From: a virus
Taxonomy: Duplodnaviria > Caudoviricetes
Reading direction: 5' to 3' (one strand)
Length of the DNA stretch: 64,000 bases
Virus record (IMG/VR): IMGVR_UViG_3300037400_003286
The notes below the pieces were generated by a model that worked only from the letters and a program-made list of their open reading frames with translations, was not told where the DNA came from and searched no databases. Below, in pieces: positions 23,600-34,653 of this stretch (position 1 is the first letter of the stretch; every line of letters starts with the position of its first letter). The position numbers and the translations under genes are program-made.

Positions 23600-26500
23600 A
23601 TGGCTACTTATACAAGCACAAGAAAAACTTTAATTATACCTGGATCATCAAGTAAAACATTTCATTACAATGATGGTGAAGGTGATATATACATAAATTC
23701 ATCAATATTAAGAAGAAATCAAGGTGAAAACTCAATTGAAGTTGAACCTATTAATGATAATTTTGTTATATATTTTGATTCATCCGTTAATGTGAATATG
23801 ACATCAACAGATGGAGATATATTCACATATGAACCATCCGACACTGGTAATTCTGATGATGCTAAAAAGATGAGATATAAAAGACTTGATATGATGATCG
23901 ATGACGATACATCATATGCAGTTCTTCGTGTTAATCCTAAACTTACAGGTAATGTTAAGGTTGTTGTAGATTCAGATTCTAATTTATATCTTGATACTTT
24001 CAAGGTTTCTCTTGGTTTGTCACAAAATAAGTACAGACATATAGCTATAAATCCATCAGAATATTATGGACGCACGCTTATGGCTAAGATGAAACATATG
24101 CCTGTAGATGACTTCTATAAGATTGAGGATACATGCTATGATTTATTCGCAACAGCAAATGATTTTGATGAGCAATACTATGACACATACAATTATGGTG
24201 TTAGAACAAATACAGATAAAATGTACAAGGAGAACTACTCTCTTCTTGCCCCTCTTTGCGTCAGAAAAGTTCTACCAGATTTCTTCCTTGTTTTTAAAAT
24301 AAATGATTATGAATCTCTATTCTCAGGAGATCCAAACGATCCAATAAAAATTGAAGATAGAACAAAATTCATAAATCTTGATAAATGTGAACTTATAAAA
24401 TCATTTGATTTTAGAGAAGGTTCAAATCTTGGAACATATGTAAGAACCATACTTGAAAACAACAAGTCTTCTGTAGGTGACGTTTATACAGGTTATGATT
24501 ATGATCATTTCAATATTTTCAACGGAATTTCTGTTGATAGTGGAGTAGTTGCAAACATATATGAGGAAACAACATCAGAAAGAACTATCAATAATCAGGT
24601 TTCGATGAATGACTGGTATACACTTGGATTCCAGAGAAATCACATTGTTAGTAAGGATATTATTAATTTTGAATTTATGTTCGATGATACAAGTAATCAA
24701 TTATTTTCACTTCCAACATATTTCGGATTATATGTTAGACTTAACGGTGAGGATGAAACATTTACTTGTATAGATACAGATTCACAAGGTTCGATTTTTG
24801 ATAGCACAATGCATGGAGAAAATTTTGATCCGCAAAACTATCCAACTGTAATATACGGAATATCTACACCAGATTCATTTGTCAGATTACACAATAATGT
24901 TAAAAGGGATGCTGAGGTTTCAAAACATAAATTGGAAATTTATAAAAGCATCATAACAGTTGATACTTTTGATATAAGTGATTTAATTGATGGAAATTGG
25001 TGCTACGTTTCAAATGTTCTTAACGATGTTCTAGACCCAGGAGAGCATTATAGATTGATAATACCAGAGAAAAATACGATTTACGAAGTAATAGCATCTA
25101 ACTATTTTGATAACAACGAATTAACCGATATATCTTATCAGGAAGAAAAAATATCAGAAACTTCGTGGTATATATACAGAATAGCTATATTAAATGTAGA
25201 ATACAGATCAAACATAGACGAAAAAGATAAGCCAGAAATTATAAAAAATCAATTAAGTCTTATAACAAAGGCTTTTGAAAGATTCAACGATGATGATCTT
25301 AAAGTATATAACGACGGCGAATCTTCTTTCTCTGTATTATATAACGACGAGGATGTTATGTTTGAAAAAGTGTCATCAATATGTGGATTTAATAAAACAA
25401 ACGATGACATAATAAAGGATCCAGTTAATGAATTCTTTGATGAATCATCTTATCTTTTCGGTTGTGATAATATACCAAAAATGATTATTGATCCAAACAT
25501 GAACAACTTCGAATCATCAGATTTAAGAGGATTATATCCAATAGGTTTCGAAAGTTTGGGTACAAGAGTTTGTTATTGTGTATTACTTAAAAAAATAGTT
25601 TATAATACAAATTCTAACCCTATAGTTCTTGTTAGTGAAGATATACAAAAGACACTATCAACATATAAAACAGTTCTTTATAAGACATATCTAAACGAAA
25701 ATAAAATCTTCAATAAAAATGTAAATGTAAATTACTTTAAGATTGAAGGTAATAATATGGTTATTGGCCATACTGACAATGTATATGATATCGTTGGATT
25801 CGGAACAAATAAATCATATATGGTTCAATTTGACAAAACACCACAAATAAAATCAAACGGTAAAATGCAATTCTACCAGAATTATCCTATGAATTCTGGT
25901 ATATGTTCTATATTCCCAATTAAAGACTATAATTTTGATGTTCTTGATCAAAATAGTGTATTCTTTGTTCAAAACGAAAATGATCCAACAGAAAGTATAA
26001 GAATAAATGGAGATAAAAGTGAATACAGTTCAGCAGAAAATAATATTTATGGTAAATCTATCATAGAAAGCTCCAAATCTGAAGAATTTATAGCCGATTA
26101 TTGTGACAAATTCAAAACATATAACGTTGACTCAAGTTCATTAGGATATATGACGCTTGATTCTGAGAACGATCTTGGATTGTTCTTGTCAAATATGCAG
26201 AAAAACGGTCACAATAAATTTGACGTTTCTCTAATATCGCCATATTGCTGCAAGTGGAAATTGCTTGGAACAGATATGACTGGTAACAGAATGCGTGTAA
26301 TGTATTATTTCAACAACATAGAAAGAGAAATAATAACATACGATGCAAGCACATGGGTTGATGGATATATTAGTGTTTGGAATCCTGGTGAAATTCAGCC
26401 ATCATCATATTTTAAATCGACACAACTTATCGATATTTCACAATATAAAGATATATATGTGAATCCTAATATGAAGAGTTATATAGACTCTGTAGGATAT

Positions 26501-29500
26501 TATTATGGTGCTGGAACAACACCAAGAGTAGAATGGTTTAATCAAACATTACCAACTACAGGAGAATGGCAACCTTCATTTGAAAATTTCAATGAAGAGT
26601 TTTTACAAGAATGTGTATATATAAGAGTGGCTATAAATCTATACATGGCTGCTGGTCGTTTTGATGATATTTATATTTCATTATCTAAAAAAATATATAA
26701 TATACCATTTTTACCAAAAGATATAAATTCTTACTGGATAGCAAAAAATGATGACGACCATATTGGATATGTGTCTTCAGACATAACAGATTCATCAGCA
26801 GCCAAATACATATCAGACGAATACGATGAAGATGAAACTGGACATTTTAACAATTATATCTGTACAGGAGAAGGATCTATAGATGATTTATTATATAGAA
26901 CAAACAATTATGATAATAAATTCTCAAAAATTTACAAATATGGTGACAACTCTATAGAATTTGTTTCTTGTGGTGTCAAAATAAGAATAAAATCAACCGA
27001 CAAATCTATAATAAATTTATCAAGATATGTCGGATACTCTGTTATTGCTATAGCAATGAGTGGTAATAACGCAAACCAGCCAGGAACATATGAATTATTT
27101 ATAGATGAAACAAAAGAACAGATAGCATTTGTAATATATAATGGTATTTATAGTGAGCATAACAAAATAAATTATATTAAAAATAATCCTGGAACATACA
27201 GAATAAAGCACTCTGGGAAATTAACAAACATTATTCACGATAGTGGATATAATGTTCTTGTTGAAGATGATGGATTTTTATCAGATTGTAGCACTGGATT
27301 AGAAAATTCTAAAATCTTTATTGTTTCTAAACCGACAGATGATGTACAGGAGAGCACAAACAAAAAGCAAATAATATTAACTGGTGATTTTGTTGAAATA
27401 AGAGATAAACAAATATTATTATCAAATACAACATGTGCGATCCTTGGTGAAATAACACCAGTATCGGATCAGGAAAAAATAAAAGAATTGATAAATTCAA
27501 ACAACAACGTTGATGCTTATATAATAACAAGTAAGACATCATCTGTTGCTACACATTCACTTTCTGTTAATAATTTAAAACAACTTACAACATCATATGC
27601 AATTACCATAAAAACAAAAAACGGAACAAAAAAACATAATGACATAGCAAGTATATTGAGCATTGATATTGTTGATCCATTTGAAATCAAACGAGAAAAT
27701 TCAAATTATGAGATTATAACAAAAGGATATGTTCATCCTTCATATGCTGTTCCTGTAATGAAAGATATATTAAAATTCAATTATAAGGAAGAAAGTGAAA
27801 TATCTGATGAATTTGAAACATGGTTTGATGGTTGTAACATTATGATTTCCGATGTCAATACAATAAACCAAACATGGATGAAAAAGGTTATTGATATTGA
27901 TAACACAATGAAACAAGAAAGTAGCGAAACACATACAGAAATTATTATACCATTCATAAGATATATAATAGAGCATAAACCGTATGATGATGAACAATAT
28001 ATAAGAGAAATAAAAGTAAATTCAACATATAAAGAAAAAAATATCAGTGATGCTAGTTCATTCATTTTTACAGTAGAAACATTTACTCCAGATCATTCAA
28101 CAGCAGTAGATGAAATAACACACGAATATGAAATAGAAAGACAGCAATTATTGGTTCATCCTATTAATTCGGACTGGAAGGGATATTCTTTCCATCAATG
28201 GAGATCAGATCGTCACACACTTAAATATGATACAGATCCAAATAAAAACAACTTCAAAGAAGTTAATTTAACATTTGACAACACAACAAGAACATATAAT
28301 GGATCTATGATATTAGATAATATTGGAGCAAGTGGAGATGAAATTTTAAGTGTAAATGAAAAAATGAGTTATATGACAAATATCCTTGTTGGAACTATAG
28401 ATGCATCATCAGCAACAAGCGTTATAACAAATTTGGAATATAATGATATATTATATGGTAACACAAAGGATAGTTCAACATATAACAAAAAATTTTACTT
28501 TGATGGAACGATACCAAACGAAAACACAGGTAAAACATTATTATCATTAAGAACTGACGACGCAATAGATTCTGGTACTGACATTCAATCATTTTATTTT
28601 TCAACAGAAAAAAATGATAGTTCAGCAAATTGTATAAAATTTGATAAGAATTACATCGCTAATTTTTATAGAAAGGGTGATCCACAAGCAGTATCAAACC
28701 TTATTTATTTTAAGATTAAAAATGTAAAAAGCAAAACAATACAAAAGTATAAAAGTGCTTCTATACAGATAAGATGTAATGATCCTAATGCTACATTATA
28801 CGTAACACCTGGACTACTTGAAGGTGTTGGTGATTCCTCAACAGAACCAGATATTAATTATACTGTTATAGAAAAACCAGATACATCACAAAAGGTTGAA
28901 ACTGTAATATCAACATATATTAATCAGTCAAGTTCTGTTACGTTATTAAGATCACATGATCCGCTAATAGGATATTGGTATACAAACATATGCCGTCTAT
29001 TTAGCAAATATGATACATATGAATCATATTATGGAGCCTTCTCTGGATTTGAGAAAAATAACTATATCGCTTCAAGGGGTATCAATTTAAAAACAAAAGA
29101 CACAGATGGAAACATTATACACGGATTTATAATATCTACATGGAATGACAGTGTGATTGATCCAGACAAGAGAACAATATCATTAAATGTAACATCTTCT
29201 ATAATAAACTTTATAAACGATGGTACAAAGACAGGATACAGCGAATCATGGAACAAAAATCAGCCATATATAACAGATATGTATGATCCTTATAAAACAA
29301 AGTATATCGAAAACACCATACTTAAATTAATAGACATAAATAATAACACAAAGTTTATACTATATGTTGATAAGAGTGTCAATGATTTGATTTTCAATAC
29401 AGACAAAGAACAAATTGACACAACGAAGTTTGAAGAGGTAAAGAACCTTAAAAATACTCTTGTGTTCTCGGAAAACAGATATTACATGAATATTGAGAAT

Positions 29501-29545
29501 CTTGAACCTCACAGCTATTACGCTGAAATGATAATTAATTTTTAA
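23600..29545 (+). CDS. Very large virion structural (tail/baseplate) protein
   Basis: 1981-aa ORF in the late operon; N/D/Y/I-rich. Confidence 0.6.
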   Translation: MATYTSTRKTLIIPGSSSKTFHYNDGEGDIYINSSILRRNQGENSIEVEPINDNFVIYFDSSVNVNMTSTDGDIFTYEPSDTGNSDDAKKMRYKRLDMMIDDDTSYAVLRVNPKLTGNVKVVVDSDSNLYLDTFKVSLGLSQNKYRHIAINPSEYYGRTLMAKMKHMPVDDFYKIEDTCYDLFATANDFDEQYYDTYNYGVRTNTDKMYKENYSLLAPLCVRKVLPDFFLVFKINDYESLFSGDPNDPIKIEDRTKFINLDKCELIKSFDFREGSNLGTYVRTILENNKSSVGDVYTGYDYDHFNIFNGISVDSGVVANIYEETTSERTINNQVSMNDWYTLGFQRNHIVSKDIINFEFMFDDTSNQLFSLPTYFGLYVRLNGEDETFTCIDTDSQGSIFDSTMHGENFDPQNYPTVIYGISTPDSFVRLHNNVKRDAEVSKHKLEIYKSIITVDTFDISDLIDGNWCYVSNVLNDVLDPGEHYRLIIPEKNTIYEVIASNYFDNNELTDISYQEEKISETSWYIYRIAILNVEYRSNIDEKDKPEIIKNQLSLITKAFERFNDDDLKVYNDGESSFSVLYNDEDVMFEKVSSICGFNKTNDDIIKDPVNEFFDESSYLFGCDNIPKMIIDPNMNNFESSDLRGLYPIGFESLGTRVCYCVLLKKIVYNTNSNPIVLVSEDIQKTLSTYKTVLYKTYLNENKIFNKNVNVNYFKIEGNNMVIGHTDNVYDIVGFGTNKSYMVQFDKTPQIKSNGKMQFYQNYPMNSGICSIFPIKDYNFDVLDQNSVFFVQNENDPTESIRINGDKSEYSSAENNIYGKSIIESSKSEEFIADYCDKFKTYNVDSSSLGYMTLDSENDLGLFLSNMQKNGHNKFDVSLISPYCCKWKLLGTDMTGNRMRVMYYFNNIEREIITYDASTWVDGYISVWNPGEIQPSSYFKSTQLIDISQYKDIYVNPNMKSYIDSVGYYYGAGTTPRVEWFNQTLPTTGEWQPSFENFNEEFLQECVYIRVAINLYMAAGRFDDIYISLSKKIYNIPFLPKDINSYWIAKNDDDHIGYVSSDITDSSAAKYISDEYDEDETGHFNNYICTGEGSIDDLLYRTNNYDNKFSKIYKYGDNSIEFVSCGVKIRIKSTDKSIINLSRYVGYSVIAIAMSGNNANQPGTYELFIDETKEQIAFVIYNGIYSEHNKINYIKNNPGTYRIKHSGKLTNIIHDSGYNVLVEDDGFLSDCSTGLENSKIFIVSKPTDDVQESTNKKQIILTGDFVEIRDKQILLSNTTCAILGEITPVSDQEKIKELINSNNNVDAYIITSKTSSVATHSLSVNNLKQLTTSYAITIKTKNGTKKHNDIASILSIDIVDPFEIKRENSNYEIITKGYVHPSYAVPVMKDILKFNYKEESEISDEFETWFDGCNIMISDVNTINQTWMKKVIDIDNTMKQESSETHTEIIIPFIRYIIEHKPYDDEQYIREIKVNSTYKEKNISDASSFIFTVETFTPDHSTAVDEITHEYEIERQQLLVHPINSDWKGYSFHQWRSDRHTLKYDTDPNKNNFKEVNLTFDNTTRTYNGSMILDNIGASGDEILSVNEKMSYMTNILVGTIDASSATSVITNLEYNDILYGNTKDSSTYNKKFYFDGTIPNENTGKTLLSLRTDDAIDSGTDIQSFYFSTEKNDSSANCIKFDKNYIANFYRKGDPQAVSNLIYFKIKNVKSKTIQKYKSASIQIRCNDPNATLYVTPGLLEGVGDSSTEPDINYTVIEKPDTSQKVETVISTYINQSSSVTLLRSHDPLIGYWYTNICRLFSKYDTYESYYGAFSGFEKNNYIASRGINLKTKDTDGNIIHGFIISTWNDSVIDPDKRTISLNVTSSIINFINDGTKTGYSESWNKNQPYITDMYDPYKTKYIENTILKLIDINNNTKFILYVDKSVNDLIFNTDKEQIDTTKFEEVKNLKNTLVFSENRYYMNIENLEPHSYYAEMIINF

Positions 29546-29547
29546 AG

Positions 29548-31071
29548 ATGAAAGAATCATTCAAATTTGAATATAAAGCAACGAACATGTTTCACGATAT
29601 ACAGCCAGCAGGTCTGTCTGTATATGGTGAACGTGGTTTAGCTGGAAGGGATGGCACAAGCGGTTCGACACTTTACTTTGTTAATTATGTTGACATAACA
29701 GACACAATTAAAACAAATCTGTTAAGAAACATACAGAACTCATATACACTTGATGGTAGTGGCCAAGCATTAAGAGAATATCAGAATAATGATCTTATCA
29801 TATGTAAAGTCGGTCAAAGTATATACAATAACGTTTATAAGATAACAAGAAGCCAAAAAACCAACATTTATAATATAGAAAAGGTTGGTCAATTGATCGT
29901 CAGAACAAATGTTAAGAATATATTTGACACAATAAACAGCGTAAAATTAAATCGAGGAGAATATAAGGAAACAACTTGTCATATTCCTGTAAATCGTTCA
30001 TATGAAATAAATGACGGAACATATTTAGCATATAGAGACGGATATAATGTATATTCAACATCAACGTCAACAACAGCATACAGTGATGCTTTAAGATCAT
30101 TATTTGGATTTTCATTACACCCAACAATTACGATTACTGATAAAACAAATGCTGAAAATTACAATTTTTATCTTAAGATTTATATTAAAAATACAAAATC
30201 AATCTTAGGTAGAAATTTCATATCTATACGTGATGGATATACAAACGCAAATACAGCATCATCTGTTATCAGAAAAGAACCTGTAACAGTTGAAAATAAC
30301 ATTGATATTATTTCGTTTGATAAAGTTATAGAGATTCCAGTTACAAAATATTATCGTGGAGCACAAGGTGATGAAATAATAGATACAAATTACAATGAAG
30401 TTTTCTTGTCTGATATGGGATGTGACAAACTTCATCCGTCTTTAAATAATTATTCATCATCATTCTTCGATCCTTATAGAAATCGTGGATACATGACAGC
30501 AGCAAAAGATTCTAATCTTTATCCATTTCATGCTTTTAGCTTCTCATATTCACAGGAATTTAACAAATATATAATTAATGGACAAACACTTATAAAACCA
30601 AATCGTAACAAGGATATTCTTGAAAGTATATTAAACAAACATACCAACACTTACGTGTATAGTTCTGATGTTATACAATATTCAAAAGATCCAGTCGTAT
30701 CTGATACATATTGCCGTGTTAATTTCAGAAGCGGTGAAAGTGCATATTTCTCTGGAATGTTATCAAACACAGGTTTTCCATCAGAGGATTTTGAAACTGG
30801 AAATCCGTATACAAAGATGTTAGGATCTTTATCAACAAACAGCTTTGATCAGTATGTTGCTGCACAGCGTTCATTAAATCCAAAAGTTAATGAAGTACAA
30901 GATAGTAATGATACATATGCAGCAAAAAGAAGAAAATACGTTATGGATTATGTTTGTTCAGAAATGAATAAATTCATATTAAATGAAGATAACGTTTTTG
31001 AACTGATATGTATAGATAAAAAATCTGGACGAACTAGATCTAAAATATACACATTAAATCAATTACAATAA
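29548..31071 (+). CDS. Putative tail fibre/adaptor protein, paralog 1
   Basis: N-terminal short G-X-X repeat (GERGLAGRDGTSG) shared in form with the next two genes. Confidence 0.5.
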   Translation: MKESFKFEYKATNMFHDIQPAGLSVYGERGLAGRDGTSGSTLYFVNYVDITDTIKTNLLRNIQNSYTLDGSGQALREYQNNDLIICKVGQSIYNNVYKITRSQKTNIYNIEKVGQLIVRTNVKNIFDTINSVKLNRGEYKETTCHIPVNRSYEINDGTYLAYRDGYNVYSTSTSTTAYSDALRSLFGFSLHPTITITDKTNAENYNFYLKIYIKNTKSILGRNFISIRDGYTNANTASSVIRKEPVTVENNIDIISFDKVIEIPVTKYYRGAQGDEIIDTNYNEVFLSDMGCDKLHPSLNNYSSSFFDPYRNRGYMTAAKDSNLYPFHAFSFSYSQEFNKYIINGQTLIKPNRNKDILESILNKHTNTYVYSSDVIQYSKDPVVSDTYCRVNFRSGESAYFSGMLSNTGFPSEDFETGNPYTKMLGSLSTNSFDQYVAAQRSLNPKVNEVQDSNDTYAAKRRKYVMDYVCSEMNKFILNEDNVFELICIDKKSGRTRSKIYTLNQLQ

Positions 31072-31075
31072 TCAG

Positions 31076-31936
31076 ATGGCAGACGATTTACACATATTCA
31101 GAAATGGTATAAGTGGATATGCACCACAGGGTAGCACTGGATCATCAGGTTCAGACGGATATTCTGTACACTATTCATCTTTTGATTCATCTGAACAAAG
31201 TATAGATGATATGTTGTTGTTGATAAGCCAGAAAAAGGTACTTTCAACAAACCCAAATTACGGTGTAGGAATAAAAATAAATTATAAATTGGGTGATGCT
31301 ATTATTACTATAGATTCAACTATGTTTATAATTGAAGGAGATAGTATAGAAGACTGTCACCTGACAAATATAGGATTACTCAAAATAATATCAAATACAT
31401 CTGGTGAGGGAACAGATATATTTGGTGATGCTGAATTGGTATATAATTTCACAAATAATCATACAGCAACAAACGATTATAATTATATAAACAGAGGCGC
31501 TTCTCCATTATATCACCACAGAGATACAAATGATGATACATGCAATGGAAATTACATACAAATAAGCGACACTTCTCTGTTATATAGTAAGCTTGCTAAC
31601 AATGATGAAAATAATCCTATAATTGATGGACATTTCTGTACACTTGTACTCAATTTTGCTTCTGGATTAAGACTTGAAAAAATATTAACAACTTCTAACT
31701 GTAATGATCCTATATTCATAGATAACAGATATCTATATCCATTCGGTAATTCTGACGATAATACAAAATGGAGTATAGGATCTTCAATAACAACATACAG
31801 TGATGAAAAATCAGAAACAATTTCAAACGGATTAAGAAATAACATAAAAACAGAAAATTCAATGTGTATGTGTTCTGGATACATCACATATCATATAGCT
31901 AACAGCGAATATAGAAAACAGATAATAATACGTTAA
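31076..31936 (+). CDS. Putative tail fibre/adaptor protein, paralog 2
   Basis: N-terminal QGSTGSSGSDGYSVHYS...YKLGDAII. Confidence 0.5.
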   Translation: MADDLHIFRNGISGYAPQGSTGSSGSDGYSVHYSSFDSSEQSIDDMLLLISQKKVLSTNPNYGVGIKINYKLGDAIITIDSTMFIIEGDSIEDCHLTNIGLLKIISNTSGEGTDIFGDAELVYNFTNNHTATNDYNYINRGASPLYHHRDTNDDTCNGNYIQISDTSLLYSKLANNDENNPIIDGHFCTLVLNFASGLRLEKILTTSNCNDPIFIDNRYLYPFGNSDDNTKWSIGSSITTYSDEKSETISNGLRNNIKTENSMCMCSGYITYHIANSEYRKQIIIR

Positions 31937-31940
31937 CAGC

Positions 31941-33668
31941 ATGGCTCCTAGAAAAATACTTAAAAGCGGATCTACATCAACATTTATACCTGGAGGTACT
32001 GGATCTTCTGGAACCAGGGCTGGTGTGACATTTTACGGCTCAAAATCTCAAGATACACAAACATCAAACACAATAACATTTAAATTAAATAACGAAAACG
32101 TAACAATAGATAATCAATATGGAAATATATTAAATCCAGCAATAAATGATTTTATTGTTTATGCTGATAACAATATAACATATTTGTTATCGATTGTTGA
32201 TATATTAGAAAGTGTATGTTATACTAATGTTGTTGATTCGTGGAATACTCAATCACAGTCATCTGGTCAGCAGCAAACAGACATATCAACAATATCTTTG
32301 GATATTGCATGTAATGCTTCAGATAGTCAGGATTATATAGGATATAAAAAATTTATATCAACATCAGTAATCTCTGATATTAATAATCTAGAAACAGCAG
32401 AATACACTGGAACAAATGATATAAATGTATTAAAAATGCATTCATCTTGTGCATTTACATTTACAATATCATCAATTAATGAATATCCTATAGGAAATTA
32501 TAAAATAGTTATAGAATTTATAACGGATTGGTCTTCACCAGCTATGGATACAAGAATAGCTAAAAAATTTCAAACTCCAAAACTATATAGTGGATTAAAT
32601 GAATATGATGAAGACGATGAAGTAACTCAATATCAAACTTTCAGAGGATATTTTTCTAATTATTCATGTAAAGGAATAAGCAATGACGACGCATATACAG
32701 ATATATGTTCAGAATGTGGCAATACTGTTAAATTCATGTTAAGTAACGGTAAGATGATAACATCTTGCCCAACATGTAAAAATGTCGTTGTTCTCGATGA
32801 TTTAAATCCAAAAAATGCATCCGAAAATTTTGATGATGAAAAATTGGATAATTTTGTTATGACAGTTAAAGATTACAACCAAGGTATTGGTAATATGTCA
32901 TATAAATCAACAATATATATTCAAAAAGATGTTATTATAAATGCAATCGAGAAGAATCATCCATATAAATGTAACATGTATATTTACGTTAATGGTATAA
33001 ATGGTTCAAAGGAAAAGGTTTGGATGAGAGATTTATCAACACTTATTAACAATACTGTTAAATTAAGTGACAATGATATATACGATGATTATAAATCAAC
33101 ACAAACAGATGGTGGTTCAATCATAATACCAGAGGAACCAGACTTACCTATCATTATACCAGATATTACAACATATCCTGGAACTAGACACGCTGGACAA
33201 GATTCTAATATGATTTATCTCTATAATACATCAGAATCTTTACAGCCACGTCGTGCTCAATTTGTAGAAGATGAAGATATTCTTATAGATGATGATTATG
33301 TTCAAAATGATCCAGATACATTAATGTCATATAACGACAATGTATATGTTGATAATATAACGATTCAGAGATTTGCTGGTGCAAATAACTGGTGTAAATG
33401 TACATATGATGCAGCAACACACACAGTAACATATAAAGCTCTTTCTCAAAACCCAACAACATCAGTAAGAAAAGCTTACTTTATACACACAACAACGGAT
33501 GAAAGACTTGCTAGAGGTCCTCATACTGGTGATCTTGCTATGTCGCAATGGACTGTTACAGTACAACAAGCAGCTAAAGCTAGTTCTAGTAGTGGAGGAG
33601 GTGGAGGAGGACACGTACAACCATATGTTAGGATAGAAGATAATGATGATATATATATTATTGAATAA
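31941..33668 (+). CDS. Putative tail fibre/adhesin with zinc ribbon and C-terminal BACON-like domain
   Basis: PGGTGSSGTRAG N-terminus; CSEC..CPTC; W..N..R..VTVQQ pattern typical of BACON. Confidence 0.55.
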   Translation: MAPRKILKSGSTSTFIPGGTGSSGTRAGVTFYGSKSQDTQTSNTITFKLNNENVTIDNQYGNILNPAINDFIVYADNNITYLLSIVDILESVCYTNVVDSWNTQSQSSGQQQTDISTISLDIACNASDSQDYIGYKKFISTSVISDINNLETAEYTGTNDINVLKMHSSCAFTFTISSINEYPIGNYKIVIEFITDWSSPAMDTRIAKKFQTPKLYSGLNEYDEDDEVTQYQTFRGYFSNYSCKGISNDDAYTDICSECGNTVKFMLSNGKMITSCPTCKNVVVLDDLNPKNASENFDDEKLDNFVMTVKDYNQGIGNMSYKSTIYIQKDVIINAIEKNHPYKCNMYIYVNGINGSKEKVWMRDLSTLINNTVKLSDNDIYDDYKSTQTDGGSIIIPEEPDLPIIIPDITTYPGTRHAGQDSNMIYLYNTSESLQPRRAQFVEDEDILIDDDYVQNDPDTLMSYNDNVYVDNITIQRFAGANNWCKCTYDAATHTVTYKALSQNPTTSVRKAYFIHTTTDERLARGPHTGDLAMSQWTVTVQQAAKASSSSGGGGGGHVQPYVRIEDNDDIYIIE

Positions 33669-33673
33669 AATAA

Positions 33674-33700
33674 AAAGGTTGGAATTATTTTCCAACCTTT
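33674..33700. terminator. Bidirectional intrinsic terminator
   Basis: AAAGGTTGGAA-N5-TTCCAACCTTT at convergent gene ends. Confidence 0.75.
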
Positions 33701-34650
33701 CTTTTTTGTTCAAGGAATCTATGAAAGACATCGAATACATTCTGTCCACTTGCTGATATAAACAGCGTATGTCTTGAATTCTTCTTATCAACAAGCACAT
33801 CCTTCATCTTCAGTCCGATATATGTAAATGGATTGTTCTCGACATATTCTGTAAGTTTTATCATCTTGTCACAATCCTTCTTTCTCCATTCATTATCATC
33901 CCAGGAGTATCCAGAATATGTCTCGTTGGGTGGTACTGTCTTTACACGGGTTCCTATGTTGTATTTCTGTGGCTTCAATTCATCGTTCACTTCATAGTCT
34001 GGAAGATAAGTGTATGAAAGCATATACAAGCTTTTATAATACTCAGGACCAGCATAATCGATATAGCAGCAACCTATAAGGCAATCATCAACATGATCCA
34101 CACCATCACGAAGTTTCATGTTCCAATCACTATAAAGGAATTTCATTGCATTATCCAGAATACCTTTCATTACGTTCTTATCGAAAATCATAAGATCTCC
34201 ACGAGCATAAAGGTCATCACAATATGCGCAGTTCAAATTTACATAACTGTTAAGTGCGTTACCATACATACTGTTCGGTTTGAATGTCGCAATAGCGGCA
34301 TCAAGAAGATCAATATTCAACCACATAGAAATATTCATACGAACATACCAGTCACACTCATTATTCCTATAAATGTAATCAAAAGCCTTTATTGACTTCT
34401 CGAATGTACGATAAATGCTTTCTTCCTCCTTAACCTCAATAAATTTAAGGTTAGGATATTTTGTTGAATCTGAAACCTTTACTTCCTCTTCCATTCCTTC
34501 ACCACCAGACCAATAGAAATAGAAGTCGTATTCATGCTTAAATCTTTCCTTGTGTTCATTCTGATACTTTACGAGTGTATTCTGTATAGCATCAAGATTT
34601 CTTGTGGACGGCTCTACATTAGCAGCCATCACCATAATTGCAATCTTCAT
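33685..34650 (-). CDS. Glycosyltransferase-like protein (GT-A, GT31/galactosyltransferase-like)
   Basis: KIAIMVMA start, EKSIKAFDYI...DWYVRMN, YARGDLMIF, VDDCLIG pattern. Confidence 0.6.
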   Translation of the reverse strand: MKIAIMVMAANVEPSTRNLDAIQNTLVKYQNEHKERFKHEYDFYFYWSGGEGMEEEVKVSDSTKYPNLKFIEVKEEESIYRTFEKSIKAFDYIYRNNECDWYVRMNISMWLNIDLLDAAIATFKPNSMYGNALNSYVNLNCAYCDDLYARGDLMIFDKNVMKGILDNAMKFLYSDWNMKLRDGVDHVDDCLIGCCYIDYAGPEYYKSLYMLSYTYLPDYEVNDELKPQKYNIGTRVKTVPPNETYSGYSWDDNEWRKKDCDKMIKLTEYVENNPFTYIGLKMKDVLVDKKNSRHTLFISASGQNVFDVFHRFLEQKRKVGK

Positions 34651-34653
34651 ATC

